This document shows, piece after piece, positions 46,419 through 55,618 of a DNA stretch of 64,000 nt. The notes under the pieces are model-generated. The model made no database searches, was not told the DNA's origin, and saw only the letters and a program-made list of their open reading frames with translations. Position numbers and translations under genes: made by a program. The stretch is from Dehalococcoidia bacterium (GTDB lineage: Bacteria > Chloroflexota > Dehalococcoidia > Lucifugimonadales > UBA3495), in contig CBDBNP010000007.1 of the NCBI GenBank assembly GCA_965207865.1, forward strand, positions 531,231 to 595,230. Direction: 5' to 3'. Position 1 is the stretch's first letter; each line of letters opens with the position of its first letter.

Positions 46419-47561
46419 TTGAAGATAGCCTTGGTGTCGCCTTACGACTTCACTTGGCCCGGTGGCGTAACCATCCACGTGTCCCAGTTGGCAAGGGAAT
46501 TGGGAAAGCTGGGCCATGAGGTCCAGGTTCTGGCGCCCCATTCGCCCTCCCGGGAATGCCAGGACAGCGACCTGCTGGTGCCCCTGGGCCGCTCCGTGCC
46601 CCTGCCCAGTGGAGGCTCCATCGCCCGCGTCTCCCTTTCCTGGTGGCTGGCACGGAAGGTCAGGGCCCTTCTGGAGAGGGAGCAGTACGATATCATTCAC
46701 CTCCACGAGCCCATGGCACCCATCCTTCCGCTCACCGTTCTTGAGTATTCGAACACGGTGAATGTGGGCACATTTCACGCCTGCCACAACCGGCACCACC
46801 TCTACCGGATGAGCCAGCCGTTCATCAAGAGATGGCACCAGCGTCTGCACGGCAACATCGCCGTCTCGCCGGCAGCCCGGCATTATGTTCAATCCACCTT
46901 CCCCGGCAACTACGAGATCATTCCCAACGGTATTGACGTGGACCATTTCTCCCAGGAGGCGGAACCTTGGCCGCAGTACCAGGACGGCAAGACGAACATC
47001 ATCTTTGTTGGCCGGCTGGAAAAACGAAAGGGTCTGCGTTACCTGTTGGAAGCGTACGGGCAACTCCGGTGGGACACTCCCAACCTGCGCCTCATCGTGG
47101 TGGGACCGGGGAACCCGGACAAGGACTCTTACCAGGTCCTCAGCTCCCGGAACCTGCCTGAGGTGGAGTTTGTGGGGCGGGTGCCCTACGACGACCTGCC
47201 CCGCTACTATGCTTCCGCCGACATTTTCTGTTCCCCGGCTACGGGCGCCGAAAGCTTCGGCATTGTTCTGCTGGAAGCAATGGCGGCAGGCAAGCCCGTG
47301 GTGGCCTCCGACATTGAGGGTTACCGTGGTGTGCTGACCGACGGGGAGGAGGGCTTGCTCTTCAGGAACAAGGACGTGGGATCGCTGGCGACAGCCCTGG
47401 AGGATCTCATTCGCGACCCTCAGCGGCGGGCGCTCATGGGACAGCGGGGCCGGGCCACGGCCGAGAAGCACCGGTGGCAGGTGGTAGCCGGACGCGTTGA
47501 AGAGTACTACGAGGCCTGTCTGCAAGAGGTACATGGCGCTTCCGGGTTCAATGCGGCCTAA
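46419..47561 (+). CDS. GT4-family glycosyltransferase (PimA-like)
   Basis: The ORF track starts at GTG 46413, only 2 nt after GGGAGG. TTG 46419 gives MKIALVSPYDF. The C-terminal EX7E region is AESFGIVLLEAMAAGKPVV. Confidence 0.8.
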   Translation: MKIALVSPYDFTWPGGVTIHVSQLARELGKLGHEVQVLAPHSPSRECQDSDLLVPLGRSVPLPSGGSIARVSLSWWLARKVRALLEREQYDIIHLHEPMAPILPLTVLEYSNTVNVGTFHACHNRHHLYRMSQPFIKRWHQRLHGNIAVSPAARHYVQSTFPGNYEIIPNGIDVDHFSQEAEPWPQYQDGKTNIIFVGRLEKRKGLRYLLEAYGQLRWDTPNLRLIVVGPGNPDKDSYQVLSSRNLPEVEFVGRVPYDDLPRYYASADIFCSPATGAESFGIVLLEAMAAGKPVVASDIEGYRGVLTDGEEGLLFRNKDVGSLATALEDLIRDPQRRALMGQRGRATAEKHRWQVVAGRVEEYYEACLQEVHGASGFNAA

Positions 47562-48184
47562 TGCAACGGCTGGGTAGAGAACAGCTTAGAGGCGCACTGC
47601 GCAGCTACCTTGAGGAGCCCGGCGCGCGCGCGTTCAGGGCCGCCGGCTTTTCCCCCAATGGAATCACCCTGCTGGGCTTTGCGGTCTGCGTCGTCTCCGC
47701 CTGCCTGGTGGCTTACGGCTGGCTGGTATGGGGCGGCGCGGTGTTCCTGGCTGGCGGAATCCTCGACTTGTTCGATGGGGCCCTTGCCCGTCTGACCGGC
47801 AAGGCAACGCCCTTCGGCGCCCTCCTGGATTCGGTGTTCGACCGGCTGGGAGAGGCAGCGCTATTCGTGGGTCTGGGAGTCTACATACTCAGGGCGGATG
47901 TATCTGAGGACTACCGGGCATTTTTCCTCATCGCCCTTCTGCTGGCCCTCGTGTTTTCCCAAGGCGTCAGCTACCTCCGGGCCCGTGGCGAGGGTCTCGG
48001 GGTATTCACCCGGGCCGGTGTGATGACGCGCACGGAGCGAGTGATACTGCTGGGCGCCGCCCTGCTGCTGTCCTGGATCCCCTGGCTGCTTATGGGCATC
48101 CTGGTCGCCATTGCCGCCGTGTCATGTTTCACCCTCTTCCAGCGCATGTTCACCATCCGGGACATGCTGGACAAGGAAGGCTAG
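47561..48184 (+). CDS. CDP-alcohol phosphatidyltransferase (phosphatidylinositol-phosphate synthase-like)
   Basis: TAATG overlap with the GT4 gene. DLFDGALARLTGKATPFGALLDSVFDRLGE matches D-G-x2-A-R-x8-G-x3-D-x3-D. Confidence 0.85.
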   Translation: MQRLGREQLRGALRSYLEEPGARAFRAAGFSPNGITLLGFAVCVVSACLVAYGWLVWGGAVFLAGGILDLFDGALARLTGKATPFGALLDSVFDRLGEAALFVGLGVYILRADVSEDYRAFFLIALLLALVFSQGVSYLRARGEGLGVFTRAGVMTRTERVILLGAALLLSWIPWLLMGILVAIAAVSCFTLFQRMFTIRDMLDKEG

Positions 48185-48298
48185 CGTTCGGTCCGTTCTT
48201 GGCACACCAGGTGCCGGAACAGGACGGCCGGCGGGGTGGCTAAGCCTTTGCGGGCCGTGTAAACTGGCCCCATCCACTGCCGCAGGGGACCAGAATCC

Positions 48299-49000
48299 AT
48301 GGCAACCGCGCAACAGGACCTGATTCCGCCACAGGAAAAGCCACGTCTGAAGCGGGAATTCCGCAAGCACCTCAAGGCTGATGTGCTTCTGCGGATGTAC
48401 ACGCAACGCCCGTCGCCCATCGCGATTCCGGGTCGCGAGTGCCGGTACTGTCCGCAGACGCTGCAACTGATGGAGGAGCTGGTCTCCCTTTCGCCCAAGC
48501 TGTCCCTGGAAACCGTGGAATTTCACCTCGAGAGGGAAAAAGCGCAGGAGGACAGCATCTCCCGCATTCCAGCGGTGGTGATGGGAGCGGGCTCCGGGAA
48601 GTGGGTCAGATACTACGGCCTGCCCCTTGGATATCAGCTACCGGTGCTGGTTGAAATTACCAAGGCGCTTTCCCGGGGCAGCACCCGCCTTTCCGTCAAC
48701 TCCCGGAAGCAGCTGCGACGGGTGGAAAAGCCGGTACATCTCCAGGTATTCGTCACGCCGGGCAGCGAGACCTCGGCGGGGATGGCGCTTCTGGCGCAAT
48801 CTATGGCCGTGGAAAGCGCCAACATCCATACCGACGTGATTGAGGCGGAGGAGTTTCCCGACCTCGCCCGCCGTTACGGGGTGCGCCAGGTGCCGTTCAC
48901 CGTGATAAACGAGTTCAGCACCGTGTCCGGGATGGTCTCAGAGGCCGAATTGCTGGACAAGGTGCTCCTGGTGGGACTGGAAACTCCTGCCGACTCCTGA
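48299..49000 (+). CDS. two-domain thioredoxin-fold protein (archaeal PDO/glutaredoxin-like domain protein)
   Basis: Domain 1 has CRYC. Domain 2 (VFVTPGSETSAG...EFPDLARRYGVRQVPFTVIN) aligns to the second Trx fold, but its CxxC is replaced by SETS. Confidence 0.65.
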   Translation: MATAQQDLIPPQEKPRLKREFRKHLKADVLLRMYTQRPSPIAIPGRECRYCPQTLQLMEELVSLSPKLSLETVEFHLEREKAQEDSISRIPAVVMGAGSGKWVRYYGLPLGYQLPVLVEITKALSRGSTRLSVNSRKQLRRVEKPVHLQVFVTPGSETSAGMALLAQSMAVESANIHTDVIEAEEFPDLARRYGVRQVPFTVINEFSTVSGMVSEAELLDKVLLVGLETPADS

Positions 49001-49096
49001 TGGAGCCGCCGAAGCGATAGTACCTCACGCAATGTTGACGATTTCAGCGGCCGAAATGGCCGAATTCAATTCATACCAAGACTAGGAGAACTTACC

Positions 49097-49570
49097 GTGC
49101 CCAACGAACTCAGGGGCGACATGAACGGGCAGGGCCTGCGAGTCGGAGTCGCGGTCGCCCGTTTCAACGAGATAATTACCAAGCAACTGCTCGACGGGGC
49201 GCTGGAGACCCTTGGCCGCTGCGGCGTGCGCGACTCGGACATCACTGTGGCCTGGGTCCCGGGATCCTTCGAGCTGCCCGTGGTGGCCCGAGCCTTTGCC
49301 AAAAGCGGTCGCTTTGACGCAGTGATATGTCTCGGCGCCGTAATCCGGGGTGAGACCACGCATTACGACATGGTGGCCGGTCAGGCACAGGGCGGCGCGG
49401 GGTCCGTCAGCATGGACACCGGTGTGCCCACGATCTTCGGCGTGCTGACCACCGAAAACATGGAGCAGGCCCTGAACCGCGCCGGCGGCAAGTCCGGCAA
49501 CATCGGGACCAACGCAGCCCTCGCCGCGGTGGAAACGGCGTCCGTGCTCACCGCCATCAATACGGCGTAG
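49097..49570 (+). CDS. ribH: 6,7-dimethyl-8-ribityllumazine synthase
   Basis: GTG start with an AGGAG RBS. Contains [32 protein letters not shown] and NRAGGK. Confidence 0.92.
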   Translation: MPNELRGDMNGQGLRVGVAVARFNEIITKQLLDGALETLGRCGVRDSDITVAWVPGSFELPVVARAFAKSGRFDAVICLGAVIRGETTHYDMVAGQAQGGAGSVSMDTGVPTIFGVLTTENMEQALNRAGGKSGNIGTNAALAAVETASVLTAINTA

Positions 49571-49703
49571 CCGCCTACGAGCGCGTGCCCGACGCTGTTG
49601 GAGCGGCATCTCTCAATGCTGCTTCCCGGCTGCGGAGGCCTACCAGAGGCGGTCAAATGCGGGCTGCCGGTCAAGTCAAGCGCGAATATTCATCGGACGA
49701 GTT

Positions 49704-50606
49704 ATGACGCAATTCGGAGTTACCATCCCCAATAACTGGGGAGTTTCGGACCCAAATGAAGTCCTCAGCCTGGGGCCGGAGGCGGAACAACAGGGGTATG
49801 ACTCCATCTGGGTGATGGACCACCTGTTCAACACCGGCTACATCCGGGAGAGGCTTGAGGACCGTCCCTACTATCACCCGATGGCCATGCTGTCGTACAT
49901 GTCTGCGACCACCAGCAGGGTTGCCCTGGGTACGTCGGTGCTGGTGCTCCCCTACCACAACCCGGTGGAACTGGCCAAGTATGCCGCCACGCTGGATCAG
50001 ATGTCCGGGGGCCGGGTCACGTTGGGAGTGGGCGCCGGCGCAATGACCGAGGAATTCGAGGCTCTCGGAATACCGATGAGTGAGCGTGGATCGCTGACAA
50101 ACGAGTCCATCGCCATAATGAAGGAGCTGTGGAGCAACAACAGGCCGGAATACCACAGCCGCCGCTGGGATTTTGAGGACCTCTACTTTTCTCCCAAGCC
50201 GGTGCAGCCGTCCATCCCGCTGTGGATCGGCGGCTCATCTCCCGGAGCGATGCGCCGGACTGCCCGGGTGGGCGACGGTTGGCACCCGACAGGCCTGTCA
50301 CCCGAGGACTTCGCCATCGGCAAGGCCGAGTTGGCATCCCTGGCGCAAGCGGCGGGCCGGGACGTATCCGACATCACCATGTCGACGCGAGTCGAGGTCG
50401 AAGTACACGGGGGCCCGTCGAGCCAGCGGGCCTCGTCGCGCTCGCGGCTGCCCGGCGGTGATCCCGGAGCCATGAGGGCAGGCATCGAGGCCTATCGGGA
50501 GGCGGGGGTGGAGCACATGGTGCTGGCCCTGAATTCTGGGGACATCCCCGCGCTCCGCCGGCTCATGGCGCTCATCGCCGACGAGGTGCTTCCGGCCTTT
50601 CGCTAG
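49704..50606 (+). CDS. LLM-class flavin/F420-dependent oxidoreductase
   Basis: Luciferase-like pattern (GYDSIWVMDHL, LDQMSGGRVTLGVGAG, IPLWIGG). Confidence 0.85.
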   Translation: MTQFGVTIPNNWGVSDPNEVLSLGPEAEQQGYDSIWVMDHLFNTGYIRERLEDRPYYHPMAMLSYMSATTSRVALGTSVLVLPYHNPVELAKYAATLDQMSGGRVTLGVGAGAMTEEFEALGIPMSERGSLTNESIAIMKELWSNNRPEYHSRRWDFEDLYFSPKPVQPSIPLWIGGSSPGAMRRTARVGDGWHPTGLSPEDFAIGKAELASLAQAAGRDVSDITMSTRVEVEVHGGPSSQRASSRSRLPGGDPGAMRAGIEAYREAGVEHMVLALNSGDIPALRRLMALIADEVLPAFR

Positions 50607-50733
50607 ACGGCAATGCTCTTTTCGGTCAGGACGATTCCGCAGTCACTTTCCAGTGGCTCCCGGTGAGGCTACCAGACTAACGGCGCCTTGAACGGATATC
50701 CTCCGGCATGCCTCAGAGCGAGTGCAACTATGC

Positions 50734-50817
50734 AGCTATCTCAAGAGTTCCCTCTCCCTTGAGGATGGTTGTCAAGAGAAAGGTGCAGGGAAAGCAAACA
50801 CTCGATTTGAGATAGTT
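50734..50817. repeat. MITE-like remnant with IS5-family-type termini
   Basis: ATTTGAGATAGTT (50805-17) is identical to 13 nt of the IS5-family IRR (34023-35). AGCTATCTCAAGA (50734-46) is its imperfect inverted partner (11/13). Confidence 0.4.
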
Positions 50818-50853
50818 TCAAAGAACTGGGCAACCTGGCCGACGACTGGCGTT

Positions 50854-52245
50854 TCAGCGGTCCTTTTTGCGCTGGCCCAGGAACTCCTCCAACGCGAGGC
50901 GGTCTTGCTCCAGCCTATCCATCCGTTCCGAATCGGCTACTGTGGCGCCGTAGTGGGCGTCCTGGAACTCATCGACGATCCGGGAGACTGGGTCGGCTGG
51001 CAGGATCCCCGAAAGGTCGCGCTGGTGCTCCCTCGGTGTCGCCGACGATTCCCTGGGGCGGCCGGCGCGTCTCGCCATCTCCAGCAGGGCGTGGTAGTAG
51101 TCGCGCGGTGTGGCAAATATGCGATTCCGTCTCCGCGACCCTCCCCACCTGCCAGCAAATATGCCACCCAACGCTTCGTTCACGTCATCCCCGGCCCGGC
51201 TCAGGCTGAACAGCGACTCCCGGACCTCGACAACCTGGCCGCCCCCGCCCTGGCGGCGGCGACTCCTAAAGAGCCAATAGACGATGCCCACCGCGGCCAG
51301 GGAACCGAAGGCAACAGCGGTCCACTGCAGAACGGTAAGGAGCAGGTTCCCATCAGTATCGGATTCGGCCTCCCTCAGGCTTTCGTGAAATTCATTGATC
51401 CGTCGTTGAGCCTCCAGGAGTCCATCGAAATCGCCGCCGCCCATGAGCTGGGAGAACCAGTTTCCCACGCTGACCAGCCCCCCGGCGATCAACCCCACCA
51501 GCATCAGCACCGGCTCCAGGATTCTCAGGCCGACCGCGCCGATCAGGCCTGTAACCGCCCTGCTGACATCGTCAAGCCCGCCCAGGCCGAGGCCGCTGAT
51601 CAGCAGACCCAGCAGAAGAACGGCCGCGACGCAGGCCATGATCGGCCAGAGCCATTCCCGTGGCATTTCGCGATTCTCGCCTCCATCAGCTGAGAACCTG
51701 GCCAGCGCCATTCCCAGGAGGCCCACGCTGAAGAAACCGATTACGAAGAACCCGCTGACAATCCGGCCCTCGGTGGCAGCATCGATCAGGGCCGCAGCGA
51801 GCAGGGTGAGCATCCCTATCTGAAAGGCAGTACGTACTGAATCGAGAGTTGCCTCCTCGCGGGAGACCTGCACCCCTCGCCACCAGGTGATGAGCAGAAA
51901 AATGACCGAGCCAACGAACAGGCCAAGACCGCCCGGCTCCAGCGGAATAAGAAGCCCAAAGGGCAGAAAGGGAAGACCGGCGTTCCAGGCGACAAGGACC
52001 AGCAGAGACGGCACCCCGACGGCCATTCCAATCACCCCTCTGAGCACAGGAGTGATCTTAAGTCCCAGCACCCAGAGGGACAGGCCATAACCCCAGGCAA
52101 GGGCCACAAATACCAGCCAGAATGGCAACTGCAGCTGTTCCAGCCTGATCAGGCTGGAAACTGTCGAGAATACCAGGTACAGGACGCAGCTCTCCAGGAA
52201 GAGGTCCACCGCAGTCACCGACCTTATGCGCCAGTATGGCCTCAC
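50854..52245 (-). CDS. DUF4129 domain-containing polytopic membrane protein
   Basis: About 10 TM helices, then a C-terminal RDYYHALLEMARRAGRPRESSATPREH...DAHYG (DUF4129 pattern). Last gene of the MoxR operon. Confidence 0.7.
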   Translation of the reverse strand: MRPYWRIRSVTAVDLFLESCVLYLVFSTVSSLIRLEQLQLPFWLVFVALAWGYGLSLWVLGLKITPVLRGVIGMAVGVPSLLVLVAWNAGLPFLPFGLLIPLEPGGLGLFVGSVIFLLITWWRGVQVSREEATLDSVRTAFQIGMLTLLAAALIDAATEGRIVSGFFVIGFFSVGLLGMALARFSADGGENREMPREWLWPIMACVAAVLLLGLLISGLGLGGLDDVSRAVTGLIGAVGLRILEPVLMLVGLIAGGLVSVGNWFSQLMGGGDFDGLLEAQRRINEFHESLREAESDTDGNLLLTVLQWTAVAFGSLAAVGIVYWLFRSRRRQGGGGQVVEVRESLFSLSRAGDDVNEALGGIFAGRWGGSRRRNRIFATPRDYYHALLEMARRAGRPRESSATPREHQRDLSGILPADPVSRIVDEFQDAHYGATVADSERMDRLEQDRLALEEFLGQRKKDR

Positions 52246-52278
52246 CCTTACCCTCGTTCCGGTATCTGTTTCACAACT

Positions 52279-53598
52279 TCACGCGGACATTGATCCGTCG
52301 TTCTCGCCGATGCGCGCGTCGGGAAAGCCAGGACCTGGGCTGGCTTGATCCATAGCTTCACCCAGTACATTCGGCTCCTCATTCCAGTCAGTGCGGTCCT
52401 CGGGCAACTGGTCGAGGAGATGGCCGATGTTGAATACGGGAATATCGGCAATTCGTTCCGGCGCCTCGCCATCCCCGGCATAGATCACGCTGAGCCGGTA
52501 TCCGCCCTCGGAAAAGGCAGCCAGCTGTTCAGGGATGGAGCCGGTCAGGGCGGCCGTTATGAAAACCACCGTGGCGCCCGGAGGCAGGTTGTCCCGTTCC
52601 GCCCGGAACACGCTGGGCAGCATCGAGACCACGTAGGGCGCCGCCATGGCCAGCGCCTCGAGGGTCATGGTCAGTTGCTGCGAGGAGGCGCCCACGGGAA
52701 CGCTCAGCCATTTCCCGGAGTAGGAGGCCACGGCGTTGGAAATGAGGCCGTAGGTGTAACCCCGCCGGTCGGCCAGCACCATGGCGGAGGCAGCGGCAGT
52801 GACGGCGCGCTCGAACAGCCGCCTGTTGGTACCCAGCCAGACATAGTCACTGGTCGAGCCATTCAGGGCCACGACGATGTTCATTGACACTGAAGGTTCG
52901 AAGATCCGTGTTTGCAATCTCCTGGCCCTGGCGGTGGCCTTCCAGTCGATGTGCTTCATGGGATCCTCGGGAAGATAGTCCCTGGTGCCACGAAACCTGG
53001 TGGTGTCGTGAAAGAGCGGTAAGCCGCCACGGGATGCACCGAGGGGGTGTTGCGGGGGAGGGACCAGGCTGTCAAGGTCGATCACCCTCGGATACACCAG
53101 CACGTCGCTGACGCTCGATTGGCGGGTTTCCGTCGAGGCGAATCCGAATATGTCGCCGCTTCGCATCCTCACCGGGCCGATACGGTGATAGCCCCGGCGG
53201 GCACAGTGCATCCGGAAATTCCAGGTGGCCCGCTGGTACGGAAGGAGGGAGGTGGTGATGCTGTAGTGGCGGTTGGTCTCGAGACTGGCGCCGCGTACAA
53301 CCGCGCCTGGGAGTTCCAGTCCCTCCGGGAACGGGTCCTGCGCCTCCACCCAGATCAGTGGGAGCAGTTTGTCGTTGGTCAGGGAAACGGAATAGTCGAC
53401 GGTGTCACCGATGAAGGCACGACGTCGACCCATATTACGTTCGAACGAGACCTTCCGAAAACAGTACCGCTCCCACAGCCGTGCCGTCATCCAGACCACC
53501 ACGACCATTGAGCCGACCACCAGCAGGAGGCCGCTGCTGGCCAGCAGGCCAACAACCACAAGCAGCCCGCTGATCACCGGCCACAGCTCGTGCCTCAT
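52279..53598 (-). CDS. DUF58 domain protein (MoxR-associated, vWA-like)
   Basis: Two N-terminal TM helices. RDYLPEDPMKHIDWKATAR is the DUF58 signature. Lies directly downstream of the MoxR ATPase gene. Confidence 0.8.
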   Translation of the reverse strand: MRHELWPVISGLLVVVGLLASSGLLLVVGSMVVVVWMTARLWERYCFRKVSFERNMGRRRAFIGDTVDYSVSLTNDKLLPLIWVEAQDPFPEGLELPGAVVRGASLETNRHYSITTSLLPYQRATWNFRMHCARRGYHRIGPVRMRSGDIFGFASTETRQSSVSDVLVYPRVIDLDSLVPPPQHPLGASRGGLPLFHDTTRFRGTRDYLPEDPMKHIDWKATARARRLQTRIFEPSVSMNIVVALNGSTSDYVWLGTNRRLFERAVTAAASAMVLADRRGYTYGLISNAVASYSGKWLSVPVGASSQQLTMTLEALAMAAPYVVSMLPSVFRAERDNLPPGATVVFITAALTGSIPEQLAAFSEGGYRLSVIYAGDGEAPERIADIPVFNIGHLLDQLPEDRTDWNEEPNVLGEAMDQASPGPGFPDARIGENDGSMSA

Positions 53599-53613
53599 AC
53601 CGCCCGGCCCGGC

Positions 53614-54612
53614 CTAAACGGGCACCTCCACCCGGGAAAGCAGCTCATGTACCACATCCTCCTGGGTTCGGCCCCTCAGCCGGGCCTGGGAGGTGAGAAT
53701 TGTGCGGTGGGCCAGCGCGTAGGGCGCCAGGACCTTCACGTCATCGGGGGAAACATACTCCCTGCCCCGGATGGCGGCAAACGCCTGGGAACAGCGGTAC
53801 AACCCCAGGGTGGCCCGTGGGCTCACACCCAACTCCACATCCTCGTGGCGACGGGTCGCCTGGGCCAGCCTCACAATGTAGTTGCTCAGGACGGGGTCGA
53901 CGTATATCTGCCTGACCGCCGCCTGCGTTTCCGTCACACCGCTACCATCGGCAACCGGCTGCAACGAGTCGATGGGATTGCCCGAATTGAAGCGGGCCAG
54001 CATCTGCACCTCCTCGTCCTCATCCGGATATCCCATACGCAGGCGAAGCATGAACCGGTCCAGCTGGGCCTCGGGCAGAGGAAAAGTCCCCTCCAGCTCG
54101 ATGGGATTCTGCGTCGCAACCAGGAGAAACGGCTGGGGAAGCGCAATGGTCCGGTCGTCCACGGTCAGTTGCCCCTCCGCCATAGCCTCCAGCAGTGCCG
54201 ACTGGGTGCGCGGCGTGGCACGGTTAATCTCGTCGGCCAGCACGACCTGGGCGAGGATGGGGCCGGGCCGGAACTCAAACTCACTCAGCTTCTGGTTGTA
54301 AAAGTTCACCCCGGTGATGTCCGATGGCATAAGGTCCGGGGTACATTGAATGCGCCGGAAACTGCAGCTGAGGGATTCAGCCAGGCTGCGGGCGAGCGTG
54401 GTCTTTCCGATGCCCGGGACGTCTTCGACGAGTATGTGCCCGCCACTCAGCACTGCCGCCAGGAAGAGCTCAATAACCTGGCCCTTACCGACCAGAACCT
54501 TCTCCATGCTGGCCCTGACGGTTGCTGCCATCGCGGCGACGTCGGGCAATGCTGTCCCGGTACCGACTGAGGTGGAATCAGCCACTGATTCCCCGGTCTC
54601 GCTCCGAGTCAT
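53614..54612 (-). CDS. MoxR-family AAA+ ATPase
   Basis: Contains HILVEDVPGIGKTTLARSLA (Walker A), VVLADEINRA (Walker B) and ATQNPIE. Confidence 0.92.
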   Translation of the reverse strand: MTRSETGESVADSTSVGTGTALPDVAAMAATVRASMEKVLVGKGQVIELFLAAVLSGGHILVEDVPGIGKTTLARSLAESLSCSFRRIQCTPDLMPSDITGVNFYNQKLSEFEFRPGPILAQVVLADEINRATPRTQSALLEAMAEGQLTVDDRTIALPQPFLLVATQNPIELEGTFPLPEAQLDRFMLRLRMGYPDEDEEVQMLARFNSGNPIDSLQPVADGSGVTETQAAVRQIYVDPVLSNYIVRLAQATRRHEDVELGVSPRATLGLYRCSQAFAAIRGREYVSPDDVKVLAPYALAHRTILTSQARLRGRTQEDVVHELLSRVEVPV

Positions 54613-54660
54613 GACTGAAGTTCGCAGGTACGCCCGGGAGCGCGCCGCCCGTTTCCGGAA

Positions 54661-55392
54661 TCATCGCGCAAGGTCGGCGGAAGTGCCCGCGCTCTCGCGG
54701 GCCACAAAGTCCTCGGCTTCTCTGAGGTCCTTGAAAGAGTCGATGCTGGTCCAATAGGACCTGGTACGGAATGCGGCGATCCTTCCGGACTCCGCCATGT
54801 GCGGGAAGGTCGAAACCTCGTGGTCTCCCAGATCGGGAAACTCCGCGAAAACGTCCCGGTCTATCACGTAAACGCCACCGTTGATCCAATGCGGCAGTTC
54901 AACTTTCTCACGGAAGCCGACCACGCCTCCCCTGTCATCCATGTCCACAATTCCGTATGGGCTGATCATGGGAACCGCCAGCAGGGTGGCGCAGGACCCG
55001 TTGCCACGTGCCGGGGAGGCACGGTGGAAATCGATGATCTCCGAGAGCGGTTGGCGAGTGATGATGTCGCCGTTGGTTACCACGACGGGCTCGTCCCCGT
55101 CGCCGACAAAGGGAATGCCCTGCTTGATTGCCCCGCCCCGGCCTAGAGGGGAGCTCTCAATGCTGTAGGCTATGTTGACCCCGTACCGAGAGCCGTCGCC
55201 GAAGTGAGACCTGATGGATTCCCAGCGGTAGCCCACGAGGAACACAACGCTCTCGACGCCCGCCTCCTTCAACCACTCAATCTGGTGCTCAAGGATCGGT
55301 CGTCCGGCAACGGGAGCCATGGGTTTCGGCACCCTGTCGGTAAGTGGTCGAAGGCGCTCTCCCTTTCCGCCGGCGAGAACTAACGCATACAT
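54661..55392 (-). CDS. sugar-phosphate nucleotidyltransferase
   Basis: ORF track gives 54661..55545. ATG 55392 gives MYALVLAGGKGERLRPLTDRVPKPM, the NTP-transferase signature. Confidence 0.8.
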   Translation of the reverse strand: MYALVLAGGKGERLRPLTDRVPKPMAPVAGRPILEHQIEWLKEAGVESVVFLVGYRWESIRSHFGDGSRYGVNIAYSIESSPLGRGGAIKQGIPFVGDGDEPVVVTNGDIITRQPLSEIIDFHRASPARGNGSCATLLAVPMISPYGIVDMDDRGGVVGFREKVELPHWINGGVYVIDRDVFAEFPDLGDHEVSTFPHMAESGRIAAFRTRSYWTSIDSFKDLREAEDFVARESAGTSADLAR

Positions 55393-55618
55393 ACCATAGC
55401 ACACCCTTGGTGTCAGCAGACCATCGTTCAGGTGGCTAATATACCCGCGAGCAGGATGAGGGTCAAACAGGTAACGGAATGCGCCTGCTCTACCACAACG
55501 CCGACTGTATAATTTATTCAGGCCACAGTTGTTTTTGTCGCCCATTACGATGTCGCGACTGAACCCAGCTTTCGCCCGAGCCCCGCGGTCGGGCCAACAC
55601 TAGGGAGGACACCAACTT

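Noticed and set aside
48299-49000. Checked the Trx-fold protein, DinB, the LLM oxidoreductase and other redox genes for additional in-frame TGA (Sec) codons.
   Set aside because: The ORFs are continuous with normal N-termini. The second-domain SxxS is encoded by AGC and TCG, not TGA.
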